In this document: one piece after another, positions 34,318 through 44,032 of the stretch
Position numbering within the stretch: position 1 is the stretch's first letter
Layout: each line of letters opens with the position of its first letter
From: a virus
DNA length: 64,000 nucleotides
Strand: one strand, 5' to 3'
Virus record (IMG/VR): IMGVR_UViG_3300012928_003423
Span: 6,932 to 70,931 of that record
Notes under the pieces: generated by a model
What the model saw: only the letters and a program-made list of their open reading frames with translations
The model's database searches: none
Told to the model about the DNA's origin: nothing
Translations under genes and position numbers: made by a program

Positions 34318-36891
34318 TTATTTTAAATCGGATAATTTCATATATATTTTTTCATCTATAATAGACGCTTCATCGATAAATAATATATCGTCCCCCTTTT
34401 TCCCAAGCAATACAATTATATTGTTTTTTTCTGGAGTCCTGTTCTTATTTAAAAATTTAGAGAGGTTTTTGTTTCTGCCGTCTAAAAGTAACACATCATA
34501 CCTTCCGTATTCATCACCTATGGTCATCTTTATGTAGTCATTATTTTTTTTACTTTTTCTTGAAATTACATCTTCGACTACTCCTATGTATTTAGCTTGC
34601 TCACCCACCTCACAACTGTTAAAGTGTAAAGAATTTTTAAATCTTTGAGTCCCGCCAAAACAATCTGCAAGATTTTTACTATAACTAAATCCTAACAAAT
34701 TTTTTTCAAAAAACCAGTTTGCGAAATCTTCATATTTTTTATTTTTGTCGTAAATAGTTTTATAGGAGGCGTACTTCTTTTTTAATGTATCAAATCTAGA
34801 CTCTTTCATAATAGGCTTTTTATCATCACCTATTATTTGATTTTTAACTGCATCATGTATTGAATTTAGTATATCAAAATTGTAACGATCAGCTATTAAT
34901 ATAAAATTTCTTTTTTCCCTCTCTGTTAAAAGGTTAAAAACTTGAGCCTCCAAAACTAATCTAGGTCTATTGGTTTTAAATGAAGACAATGCTCCAGCTT
35001 GTATTAATGCAGATACAACTCCTATATTTAATCCAGATTCTTTTGCAGATAAGAAAGTATCATATTTGTTTGGCTGTTCGGAATTTCTAAAATCTTTTAA
35101 TTTTTCTAAAGATTTTGCGCTAATTCCTTTGATGCTATTTAACCCAAATCTAATATTTTTTCCTTGTATTGAAAAATCCATCTCAGATAAAGCTAAATCT
35201 GGAGGAAGGAGTTCTATATCAAAAAAAGATAACTCTTGGGAAACTTTATTTATCTCTTCTTGAGGAGAGGGTTCATATTTAGTCATTCTTAAAAGACTAA
35301 GAAAAAATTGTTGTGGGTGTTTAAACTTTAAATAAATAGTCCAAGCCGCAAGTATAGCATAAGAAATAGAGTGGCTTTTGTTGAAAGAATAATTCGCACT
35401 ATCTTCTGCTACTTTCCATAAAACTTCACCCACTTCAATATCTAAGTCATTTTCTTTTATTTTTTCTTCTATCTTAGCTTTCCATTTTGGCATTTCCTTT
35501 ACTTTTTTCTTTCCTACTATCCTTCTTAATTGCTCAGATTCTTCTAAGCTAAATCCAACCTTTACTGCCATTTTCATAAGCTGTTCTTGGTACAAAGGTA
35601 TACCTCCTGTGTAGGAAAGTACATCGTCATAAAATGAATTTAAACTTTGATGGACTCCTGTTTCTGAATAATTTTTATATAAATCAGCGAAATCCATAGC
35701 TCCTGGCCTAGCTATCGCTATTACAGCGCTTAATTGTTCTAAATTCTTTGGTTTTATTTTTTTACAAACCATATAGTTAGCGCTAGCCTCGATCTGAAAT
35801 AATCCATGAGGTGTATTTAATTCTAAAAGATTAGAGTATATAATCTCGTCCTCTAAGTCGATTTTATTAGGGTTTAATTCTAGCCTGTTGCAAGTAGAGT
35901 GGATTGCGGAAAGAGTTCTTAAACCTAAAATATCAAACTTAACCATTAATTCTGATACCCAATTCATATCATACCCAGTAACCAAAGATCCATCGTTACT
36001 TTTTTGAAGTGGGCAAATATCTGATATCTCACTAAATGATATAGCTATTCCCGATGGATGAATGCCTGTATTCTTTTTTAAACCTTCTAGTTTTAATGCA
36101 ACATCATATACTTTTGAATTTTTTTTAGAAAAAGATTTAAATTTTTCGCTTTCATTTTTTGCCTCTTCAAGCTTCATTACATTACCAAATTGCTTGGGTA
36201 TCATATCGCTAATATAATTAGCTTCTTGATCTGAGAGTTGACCAACTAGCTTACAACATTCCTTGATGCATAATTTACCGCTTAAAGTGTTTAATGTTAA
36301 TATTTTAGATGTTCTTGCTGGGTATTTTTGTTCAATATAGTCAATAACAGACTGTCTGTGCTCATATGCGATGTCGTTATCAATATCAGCTAAAAGGCTT
36401 CCATCTAAATAAGTTATACCATCCTTTTTAGTTTTTTTAGCTCTGCTTTTTGAAACAAAACGCTCAAAGAAAAGCTCGTACTTAATTGGATCAACTTTCG
36501 TTACATCAATTAAAAATAAAACCAAAGATCCAGCGGCAGAACCCCTTCCTGGTCCAGTTGGAATACTATTTTCGTGACAAAAGTTTAATATGTCCCAATT
36601 TAGTAAAATATAATCTGTGAACCCTAAGTCTTCTAAAGTATTTAACTCGTACTCTAAACGAGACTCATAATCTTTTAAATTTTTTTTAGATTTTATTTTT
36701 TTTGTTTCTAAACCTATGTCGCAAATTTTTTTTAAGAAATCAAAATTAGATATTTTTTTATCTTTTATGCTGTATTTTTTATAATACTTGTCTTCTATTA
36801 TAATTTCAGGAAGCCTGACGCCAGGAGGAATACAATCCTCGTAACTATCAAATTGATTATAAAAATCTTTAATTAAATCTCTATTTGCCAT
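34318..36891 (-). CDS. dnaE: DNA polymerase III alpha subunit, lacking the N-terminal PHP domain
   Basis: GPGRGSAAGSLV, FERF, ADIDND, GIHPSG, KFDILGL, YQEQLM, YSFNKSH, C-terminal OB fold; begins after the PHP region. Confidence 0.95.
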   Translation of the reverse strand: MANRDLIKDFYNQFDSYEDCIPPGVRLPEIIIEDKYYKKYSIKDKKISNFDFLKKICDIGLETKKIKSKKNLKDYESRLEYELNTLEDLGFTDYILLNWDILNFCHENSIPTGPGRGSAAGSLVLFLIDVTKVDPIKYELFFERFVSKSRAKKTKKDGITYLDGSLLADIDNDIAYEHRQSVIDYIEQKYPARTSKILTLNTLSGKLCIKECCKLVGQLSDQEANYISDMIPKQFGNVMKLEEAKNESEKFKSFSKKNSKVYDVALKLEGLKKNTGIHPSGIAISFSEISDICPLQKSNDGSLVTGYDMNWVSELMVKFDILGLRTLSAIHSTCNRLELNPNKIDLEDEIIYSNLLELNTPHGLFQIEASANYMVCKKIKPKNLEQLSAVIAIARPGAMDFADLYKNYSETGVHQSLNSFYDDVLSYTGGIPLYQEQLMKMAVKVGFSLEESEQLRRIVGKKKVKEMPKWKAKIEEKIKENDLDIEVGEVLWKVAEDSANYSFNKSHSISYAILAAWTIYLKFKHPQQFFLSLLRMTKYEPSPQEEINKVSQELSFFDIELLPPDLALSEMDFSIQGKNIRFGLNSIKGISAKSLEKLKDFRNSEQPNKYDTFLSAKESGLNIGVVSALIQAGALSSFKTNRPRLVLEAQVFNLLTEREKRNFILIADRYNFDILNSIHDAVKNQIIGDDKKPIMKESRFDTLKKKYASYKTIYDKNKKYEDFANWFFEKNLLGFSYSKNLADCFGGTQRFKNSLHFNSCEVGEQAKYIGVVEDVISRKSKKNNDYIKMTIGDEYGRYDVLLLDGRNKNLSKFLNKNRTPEKNNIIVLLGKKGDDILFIDEASIIDEKIYMKLSDLK

Positions 36892-37514
36892 AACATTTTA
36901 TGTAAAACCTCATTTGTCTTCTCAACATCATAAAGAGCTTCATGAAGTTTTTTATCGTCAAACTCTATTGAGTAATCCTTGCATAATTGCTTTAAGTTAG
37001 TTTTAACCCCTCTTTTTCTGAAATTTAATAACTTATACTGCCAAGAAAGTAAATCGTCATTTTTTGTAAAAGCTATTTCGTTTTTTATAGCTCTAGCTAT
37101 ACAGTTTGTATCTAGAACCCTGTTTATGTAAGAATAATCAGAAGGCTTCCCTAGCAGGAGTCTATGAATATTATGCATATAAACATCAAAACCAAGAATA
37201 TTATGACCAACAATGATATAATCTTTATTGTAGAGATATTTCTCAAAGGCATCAATGCATTTTTTAGGATTCTGTTTTAATTTATCGTATTTTATTCTAG
37301 AGAAATTAGTTACTACTTGAGCCTCTTTAGATATATTTAAATCTTCCCATGATATGTATAAGTCTTGTCTATCTAAAATTTTAGAACCTTCTGAGATTAC
37401 AAAACCTAATTGCCAAGGTTTATTTTCTAATGAACTCAGATTTAAGTTACATGTCTCGTAATCAAAAATTAAATACTTTTGATTTTTTTTAAATCTCAGC
37501 AGCTCTTCATTCAT
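36873..37514 (-). CDS. DEDDh 3'-5' exonuclease (DnaQ/epsilon-like)
   Basis: IFDYET (ExoI), VGHNILGFD (ExoII), LHEALYD (ExoIII). Confidence 0.9.
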   Translation of the reverse strand: MNEELLRFKKNQKYLIFDYETCNLNLSSLENKPWQLGFVISEGSKILDRQDLYISWEDLNISKEAQVVTNFSRIKYDKLKQNPKKCIDAFEKYLYNKDYIIVGHNILGFDVYMHNIHRLLLGKPSDYSYINRVLDTNCIARAIKNEIAFTKNDDLLSWQYKLLNFRKRGVKTNLKQLCKDYSIEFDDKKLHEALYDVEKTNEVLHKMLWQIEI

Positions 37515-37656
37515 GTTTTTTGAACGCTTTTTTTAAATCTTCAATTAAATTAACCTTAGAACCTTTCGGGAGTTTTTGATACTCTTTTTTTAATCTTCTT
37601 AATATCCTTCTATGTTCCTCTATAGAATCATCATAATCTATTATATCTTTGATCAT
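37507..37656 (-). CDS. Small hypothetical protein (49 aa)
   Basis: Manual translation MIKDIIDYDDSIEEHRRILRRLKKEYQKLPKGSKVNLIEDLKKAFKKHE. Confidence 0.6.
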   Translation of the reverse strand: MIKDIIDYDDSIEEHRRILRRLKKEYQKLPKGSKVNLIEDLKKAFKKHE

Positions 37657-37673
37657 TTTTATTTTTTTCTTAT

Positions 37674-37916
37674 TCATGGTTCTAAATTTGGATCAATGTT
37701 AGGATTCGAACTATTATTAGCACATCTTTCGAAAATTTTTTTTAATTCAAAAATTCTCGATTCAACATCATCTATTTCCTCAAAAATTTTTTCTTCATAA
37801 CTTTTTTTCTTATTCACATGTTGAAGTATTCTAGATGTCAACTCACTAAGTTCTTCAGCAACCTTTAGCATTTTGTTATTAAATTCTTTTTCACACTTCA
37901 TAATATTCGACCTCAT
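37674..37916 (-). CDS. MazG-like all-alpha NTP pyrophosphohydrolase
   Basis: KVAEELSEL...FEEIDDV, the paired EExxE / ExxD motif. Confidence 0.6.
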   Translation of the reverse strand: MRSNIMKCEKEFNNKMLKVAEELSELTSRILQHVNKKKSYEEKIFEEIDDVESRIFELKKIFERCANNSSNPNIDPNLEP

Positions 37917-38844
37917 TTAGTGAATCTATTTTACTTCCCCCAGCATAACTAATGGAGCTTTGTAGATCTTGAGTTATTTCATTTAACTTTTCACCGTAAG
38001 TCATTCCATTGTTTGGTATTTGATTTAATTTACCTTCTACATTATTGTTGTGACCTTTATTTTCGGCACTAGCAGAACCAAAATAAGCTTTATGATCAAG
38101 CCCATTAATGCTAATGACTGAAGCTGGACTATCGGTACAAGCGGCGAATAGACCGCCAGCCATTACCATAGTAGCTCCAGCAACTAAAGCTTTAGCTATA
38201 TCACCATTACAACGAATACCACCATCGGCTATAATTGGTACAATATATTCGTTGTCAAGAGTTACATTTGAGCATAACTTAACACAGCTAAACATAGGCA
38301 TGGTAAATCCAGTCTTATCTTTTGTAGTGCATGGAGATCCTTGACCAATCCCGACTTTAACTATATCTGCCCCCCAGTTAGCTAATTCTCTTACTGCAGA
38401 TGAAGTGGCGACATTCCCAGCAATAATCTTGGTATTAGGTAAGTGCTTTTTTATCCACTTAATCATTGTCTTCATTCGCGCAGAATAACCATGAGCTATA
38501 TCGATAGTTAAGTAATCAACTCGATGACCCCTCTTCATAATTTTTTGAATAGCCATCTTGTCTTTAGTTTTAACGCCAACACTAAATGAAATGTTATCCC
38601 AATCTTGAGCATTCGCTACATCTTCAGCTAGATCACGATCAAACCGATGCATAATATAGAAGAAACCATGAGAGCTCATCCATTCACATGTATGCATATC
38701 TATTACAGATTTCATGTTAGCAGGAATAATAGGTAGTAAAAATTTTTTACCAAAAAGATCTACTGAAGGATCGCAGTCAACTCTACTATGAACCTCGCTG
38801 TAGTTAGGAACTAAACAAATGTCTGAATATTTAAGAGCTTTCAT
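37891..38844 (-). CDS. guaC: GMP reductase (type 2)
   Basis: PANMKSV, IDIAHGYS, IIAGNVAT, KVGIGQGSPCTTKDKTGF, IIADGGIRCNGDIAKAL. Confidence 0.92.
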   Translation of the reverse strand: MKALKYSDICLVPNYSEVHSRVDCDPSVDLFGKKFLLPIIPANMKSVIDMHTCEWMSSHGFFYIMHRFDRDLAEDVANAQDWDNISFSVGVKTKDKMAIQKIMKRGHRVDYLTIDIAHGYSARMKTMIKWIKKHLPNTKIIAGNVATSSAVRELANWGADIVKVGIGQGSPCTTKDKTGFTMPMFSCVKLCSNVTLDNEYIVPIIADGGIRCNGDIAKALVAGATMVMAGGLFAACTDSPASVISINGLDHKAYFGSASAENKGHNNNVEGKLNQIPNNGMTYGEKLNEITQDLQSSISYAGGSKIDSLNEVEYYEV

Positions 38845-39571
38845 ATTCTAAAAAACTTTCGAAAGAAAAATCCGAACTTGAGCAATGGTCTAAATTAGGA
38901 TTTTCTATTGTAGATTTGTTTGAGAAGCTTCTAGAGCATAGGCATTTATATACTTGATATGCAGAAAAATCACTTCTCTTATTATAATAAATACTTTTTG
39001 ACAAAATTGTATCAAAATTATTTTTGCTACAGTAATTTATAACTAATTTTTTTAATAAATTATCGAACGGAAGATTGTTATCTTCAATAAAAAAGATTGG
39101 TTTAAAAAAAGTTAGATCGCAAAGGTTATTAGAAAAATACATAAAATTATTGAACAAAAAAGAGTCATAAAAAGGAACGTATAATAACAAGTCTTTGGTC
39201 CAATATTTTTTTAAATTTAAAAAATCTATAAATCCCTCCCCCTCTGTTTCAGAAAAGCTGTATATTTTATTTAGTAACTTGCAACCTTGAGGGTTTTTTG
39301 AAAAAATAGAAATTTTACTTCCTAAATCATCTTGAAGATTAGGTTTGTAAGAAATATTTAATCCAAAAATTAATTTTACATCTAGATCTTTACAATTATG
39401 ATAAGCTTCAAGAAAACCTATCATTGTATCTTCAAGTAATACTAAATTTTTTAAATCGTTATCTTTTAATATTTTAAAAATACTTGAGTCAGAACCTTCC
39501 TCGAAAGATTTTTTATCTAACCTAAGAATACTCTTTCCTATAGAAAAATCAGATTTAAAAAGTGGAAGCAT
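38831..39571 (-). CDS. Stand-alone PHP domain of DNA polymerase III alpha (split DnaE N-part)
   Basis: PLFKSDFSIGKSIL, LVLLEDTMIGFLEAY...KLIFG, FSKNPQGCKLLNKIYS pattern of phage DnaE PHP domains. Confidence 0.8.
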   Translation of the reverse strand: MLPLFKSDFSIGKSILRLDKKSFEEGSDSSIFKILKDNDLKNLVLLEDTMIGFLEAYHNCKDLDVKLIFGLNISYKPNLQDDLGSKISIFSKNPQGCKLLNKIYSFSETEGEGFIDFLNLKKYWTKDLLLYVPFYDSFLFNNFMYFSNNLCDLTFFKPIFFIEDNNLPFDNLLKKLVINYCSKNNFDTILSKSIYYNKRSDFSAYQVYKCLCSRSFSNKSTIENPNLDHCSSSDFSFESFLEYESS

Positions 39572-39578
39572 GCATCAT

Positions 39579-39607
39579 ATCATGCTTAAGTATTAGAAAA
39601 AAGTCAA
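39579..39607 (-). promoter_or_regulatory. sigma70-like promoter TTGACT-N17-CATGAT
   Basis: -35 at 39602-39607, -10 at 39579-39584, PHP ATG 7 nt downstream. Confidence 0.65.
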
Positions 39608-39610
39608 CCT

Positions 39611-40816
39611 TTATTTTCTAAACTCGTAATAAGCGTAGCCATTCTTTTTTACTAAAATTTTCTCTTTAGTTTTTTTTTCCTCTTTAGGCTTAGTAGGCTC
39701 AGGAGATTCAGCTTCAACAATTATATTTTGAGCTTCCTCTTTTTTGGGTTCTTGTGGTTTTTTTTGTTTACCTATGAATCCAGATGCAGCGCAAATTACC
39801 ATAACTATAGCTAGAGGGTCAAATACAGAAACTATAAATACAATGACTAATCTAACAGCCCCTTCTGTGTTCATTTTAGGACCTCCAAAGTCTTCAATAA
39901 CTTGACCAATATATTTTAATGGCCCTAGCTCATTTTCTATTGCTAAAGTTTTTGTTTCTATTTCGAATTTTTGAAGATTTAATTGTTCTATTTTTGATAA
40001 GCTATCCTTAATTTTTTCTTCGTGTGATAAAATTGAATCCAAGTCAGCTTCACTTAATTCTATTTTTTCATTTTGAAGAGATAGTATTTGAGATCTTATT
40101 TGTTCTACTTTCTCATTAGATTCTTTTCTTTGATTTACAATAGAATCACTCGCAATTTTTAATTGAGAAGATATAAAAGATCTTTCTTCTTTTTGCGAAT
40201 CCTCTAATGTTTGTATTTTTTTAGTATTACTAGAAAAAAGCCCAGTTTTTTGATTTCTTAAAACTTCGACTGCATTATCAAGAATTTTTAGCCTAGATTG
40301 AAGTCTATCTATTTTTTCGTTACCGTCTTTTATATCAACATCCAGCCTAGTATAGATAGTATCTACATCGTTTTTTAATTGATCTATTATTTTCTGATTT
40401 TTATTCTCTGAAAATTCTGTTACTGATTTCTTATCAGAAATGAATGAATTTTGTCTGCTAATAGAGTCTTCTTCTAATTGTATTTTGCGATTAATTTCTT
40501 TAATTGAATTTTGCGAAAATGAAACGCTAGATGCATGTTCAATATGAGACTTGCTGAGAAAACCAAATATTCCTCCACTAGTAATAATCATTAATATAAA
40601 AATTGAAAACGATAAATAAAACTTTGTCAACTTTGATATCTTCTTCCAATTTTGATGCGTCCATACAGCTACTACAATTTTGGCTAATTCTAAAGCTACA
40701 GCCATTACAATTATAGAAATAATTGAACCTGGGAAAATAGTAGAAAGTCCTACTATACTAAAATAAGCGGCTATCGAAGAAAGCGATAAGGCCGAGAGAA
40801 GTAATAAATATTTCAT
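39611..40816 (-). CDS. Conserved phage membrane / coiled-coil protein
   Basis: Three N-terminal TMs (IAAYFSIVGL, ALELAKIV, ITSGGIFGFLSKSH), long coiled coil, GPLKYI...VFDPLAI. Confidence 0.8.
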   Translation of the reverse strand: MKYLLLLSALSLSSIAAYFSIVGLSTIFPGSIISIIVMAVALELAKIVVAVWTHQNWKKISKLTKFYLSFSIFILMIITSGGIFGFLSKSHIEHASSVSFSQNSIKEINRKIQLEEDSISRQNSFISDKKSVTEFSENKNQKIIDQLKNDVDTIYTRLDVDIKDGNEKIDRLQSRLKILDNAVEVLRNQKTGLFSSNTKKIQTLEDSQKEERSFISSQLKIASDSIVNQRKESNEKVEQIRSQILSLQNEKIELSEADLDSILSHEEKIKDSLSKIEQLNLQKFEIETKTLAIENELGPLKYIGQVIEDFGGPKMNTEGAVRLVIVFIVSVFDPLAIVMVICAASGFIGKQKKPQEPKKEEAQNIIVEAESPEPTKPKEEKKTKEKILVKKNGYAYYEFRK

Positions 40817-41049
40817 GATGCATTTTTTCGCTTTTTTGTTCTATTTTTTGTTCTTAATTGCATACTTGCAGTATATCCAGCTCCAATATAAGATATAGCA
40901 TCTGCGGTTATATCATCCTTGGCAAAGATAGCTTTCCCTTTTAGGGTAGGTAAAGCTTCATCAAGTTTAAGGCTTCTATTGAGGCTATCTAAATGGCTTG
41001 ATATTGGGGTAATATCAGGATTTACAATTTGATTTTTATGAAAATTCAA
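40813..41049 (-). CDS. Hypothetical protein
   Basis: ORF track. Confidence 0.6.
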   Translation of the reverse strand: MNFHKNQIVNPDITPISSHLDSLNRSLKLDEALPTLKGKAIFAKDDITADAISYIGAGYTASMQLRTKNRTKKRKNAS

Positions 41050-41051
41050 TT

Positions 41052-42056
41052 TTAAAACGAAGTACTCAAAGAAATGCCGAAGAAGCTATTACTAGATTGA
41101 TCTAATATTTCAACTTCGGGACTATATTCTGCTTCAAAACCTATAGTTACGTGTTCGTCACCGTCTAATGAGCCAAGTGATGCTGCATCAAGGATAGTGG
41201 AAGCTGTTGAATGTAATACTGAAGTCGCTAAATTCTCAGATCCATCTACTTGAATAGCGACTGCCGCTTCAAAACCTATAAGATCATCAACACTTTCCAC
41301 ATTAGTTTCTGTAGTTAATGAAGTGTAACCATTATTTGAATCAGCGCCAGAAGTGTAATCAAGGCTCTGAGTGGATTCAAATATCGAAGCACTTGTTAAG
41401 CTTGGGGTTGCAAAAAAAGCATAATTGACTTCTCCATCGTTGTGATCAGTATTGTATGAGAAATCCATAACCATTTCACTTAAAGTTAAGGGATCGCCAG
41501 ATTCAGAAGTCAAGCCTGAGAAATGACCTTCATTTACATCAGTACTAAATGTATGATTTGATCTATCATTAGGATCTGCTGTTTCATTATTGCCTGTATT
41601 AGCAAACCCTATTGAGGGAAGAATAGTGGTACTTATAGTCTGTTCTGATATTTCAACTACTTCATTTCCTTCTGGACTACCATCAGCATCTGCATTTGTA
41701 TCTTCTAGTGCTTCTTGAGTTGGAGTAGATTCAGGCGGAGCTTCAATATCAGAAAGTATATTATCTTCAACTGTTTGCTCTATAGCTTCTGTTGTAGCCT
41801 CCGCAACCGCTTCGCTAGCATCTCCTAAAGCAGAAAGAGTAGGCCCGCTTACATTAGTAGAAGTGCTTGTGCTATTGTCATTATTGGATTCTGGACATGG
41901 ATCTGGTAGATTTGTTATAATATCATCTACGATTTCATTTAACTGATCGAAATCGACAGTATTTCCTGTAGCATTATTTACATTAGTTCCGATCTGCGTT
42001 TGATCGACAGTATCCTCGCTGACTTGCGGTGCTCCTAATAGTGCTGATAAGTCCAT
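41052..42056 (-). CDS. Highly acidic, lysine-free Ser/Thr-rich protein
   Basis: 334 aa with no Lys and one Arg; strong SD AAGGAGGA 4 nt before the ATG. Confidence 0.8.
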   Translation of the reverse strand: MDLSALLGAPQVSEDTVDQTQIGTNVNNATGNTVDFDQLNEIVDDIITNLPDPCPESNNDNSTSTSTNVSGPTLSALGDASEAVAEATTEAIEQTVEDNILSDIEAPPESTPTQEALEDTNADADGSPEGNEVVEISEQTISTTILPSIGFANTGNNETADPNDRSNHTFSTDVNEGHFSGLTSESGDPLTLSEMVMDFSYNTDHNDGEVNYAFFATPSLTSASIFESTQSLDYTSGADSNNGYTSLTTETNVESVDDLIGFEAAVAIQVDGSENLATSVLHSTASTILDAASLGSLDGDEHVTIGFEAEYSPEVEILDQSSNSFFGISLSTSF

Positions 42057-42069
42057 ATTTTCCTCCTTT

Positions 42070-43899
42070 TTATTTTATCATAAAAGTATTAGGGAATCTA
42101 TTGAATGATGGTGGTAGATTAGAGCTCCGAACTGTTCCCTTTGCAGATTGAGCTTGTGTATAATCATTATTTTTTCTACCAATAACTCTTGAAGATATTG
42201 AAAAATCACTAGGTCTATTTGCTAAATTTCTTAATTTTCTTGGATTTTTATTATCAGCTAGAATAGGGTTAGTCCCCAAAGGTCTAGCAAAATTAATAAG
42301 GTTAGCGATAGATTTGCCTGTGCTTGTTTTTCTTCCTGGTAGATTCTGTTCTACGATTGAATAGTTATTATTGTAATATTTATTAATAATAGATTGAGAT
42401 AATACTAACTCTGGCCTAGCACTTCCACAGAAAAAAGATAGACCAGGCTTGGTAGAATCGACCATTGGGTAAGAGTTGATTGACGAGATAAAGGTTTGTC
42501 TATTATCTCTATTATTACCTTCTGTACTTAATTTTGTAGATAAATATGATCTATTTGAATCAGCTAAAAATAAATGACCAAAAACTTTATCAACAGCACC
42601 ATCATAAAAAGAAAGAGATGGCTCGAAAGGCACATGTGTATATCCAGCATCATTGTAATTTAATGTATGACCGCCTTTTCTTGATGGTGCATGCTTAGAA
42701 TAAGAAAAAGATATTTCTTCATTAGATGATCTGTAATTTAATGTGCTCGTTTGATCTCCAGGAAATCTTTTAGCCTCTTTCTGTTCATATGTATAATAAA
42801 TGCCTTTTACTTTAGAACCAACAACCGTGAAATCCCAGCCATTTGCTGGAACTATATATGCTAAAGAAGGAAAAATATGATATTCGGGGTTACTCCCAAT
42901 GAAACCTTCATGATCTCGATCTTTAATATTAAAATCAAACATCATGTTGCAATTAAATTCTTTTTTGCTTCCAAAAGTAGGCAAACCTTCCAAATGCTCA
43001 GCTACCGATTTATCAAAAGTTATAGTAAAAGCTCCTGTATTTTCTGGCTGAATAGTTAATGGAAGAAAAAGATCAGCATAACTACCTGTGTTATGACCAT
43101 GAACAAAAGCAGAAGAATACATTTCCCCAGAACCATTTACTAAATTATCATTAGGATCAATTACTTGAAGCTGGGTTTCTCCTGTTGGGTCTGGATACTG
43201 CCGTAAATGAGGAAGAAAAGAGTCTTCGTTGTAAGAATTAACTACTTCAAAGTCTTCTGTTACAATCTGCAAACCGTCTGACGAACTAAAATCTGGATTA
43301 TTAGCATAGCCTGTTGTATATGTAGCAGGTATCGAGCGAGTTTGAATAACAAAACTTGTCTCTATAGCGGCTAAATTCCAAAAGTTATGACATGTAACTG
43401 CTCTATTATCATCTTTTCTTTCACTTGGAGAAAAATAACCCTGATTGCCATTTAAATCAAAACCTCCTCCTAAAGTATTAATTGCAGTATAATTTTCGAC
43501 TAAAATATCTTCATTGGCTTTATTAGCTATTCCGCTGCCAAGATGAGTCTTGATCCCATTGGATATTACATAATTATTAGGTAAATCAAGATATTCATTA
43601 TTTTCTTGTAAATAGAAAGGGAAGCCATTAAAATATCCGTGATCATTAAAATCTACAGAAGGATAACGAACTTCTGTTGGTTTTATAAAGTTTTCTCTGT
43701 TTGGTATTGGTAATGATTGTTTTTCTGAATTAGAAAATCTTTTTTGTCCAAATTTATTTACATAAACTTCTGTTACATAAGAGTTTGTGGCATTAGGAAC
43801 AGATTGATGTATAATAGCTTGTTGAATGTGTGTAACATTACCTTTTGTCCTTATACCCCAATTTCTATTGGCAATATTATTATGATCAGGAGCCTTCAT
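42070..43899 (-). CDS. Large Asn/Ser/Phe-rich protein, probable virion structural
   Basis: 609 aa, beta-rich composition, no recognisable enzyme motif. Confidence 0.7.
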   Translation of the reverse strand: MKAPDHNNIANRNWGIRTKGNVTHIQQAIIHQSVPNATNSYVTEVYVNKFGQKRFSNSEKQSLPIPNRENFIKPTEVRYPSVDFNDHGYFNGFPFYLQENNEYLDLPNNYVISNGIKTHLGSGIANKANEDILVENYTAINTLGGGFDLNGNQGYFSPSERKDDNRAVTCHNFWNLAAIETSFVIQTRSIPATYTTGYANNPDFSSSDGLQIVTEDFEVVNSYNEDSFLPHLRQYPDPTGETQLQVIDPNDNLVNGSGEMYSSAFVHGHNTGSYADLFLPLTIQPENTGAFTITFDKSVAEHLEGLPTFGSKKEFNCNMMFDFNIKDRDHEGFIGSNPEYHIFPSLAYIVPANGWDFTVVGSKVKGIYYTYEQKEAKRFPGDQTSTLNYRSSNEEISFSYSKHAPSRKGGHTLNYNDAGYTHVPFEPSLSFYDGAVDKVFGHLFLADSNRSYLSTKLSTEGNNRDNRQTFISSINSYPMVDSTKPGLSFFCGSARPELVLSQSIINKYYNNNYSIVEQNLPGRKTSTGKSIANLINFARPLGTNPILADNKNPRKLRNLANRPSDFSISSRVIGRKNNDYTQAQSAKGTVRSSNLPPSFNRFPNTFMIK

Positions 43900-43907
43900 G
43901 GTCTATA

Positions 43908-44024
43908 TTATTGGGGAGGTGGAGGTGCTACAAAAAAAGATATTTTTCTGTTCTTCTTTTTCAGAAGCAAATGACCTTTTAAAAAAATTAAATTATTACT
44001 GTCTTTGTCCTTTGTAATTGCCAT
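43908..44024 (-). CDS. Putative small protein (38 aa) ending in a poly-Pro tract
   Basis: Manual translation MAITKDKDSNNLIFLKGHLLLKKKNRKISFFVAPPPPQ; GTGTAAT motif 7 nt before the ATG. Confidence 0.45.
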   Translation of the reverse strand: MAITKDKDSNNLIFLKGHLLLKKKNRKISFFVAPPPPQ

Positions 44025-44032
44025 ATTTTTAA

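Noticed and set aside
37674-38844. Possible 2-aminoadenine (Z-genome) pathway from MazG-like + purine enzyme
   Set aside because: The enzyme is GuaC (IMPDH/GMPR fold), not PurZ, and no PurZ or DatZ is visible in the window
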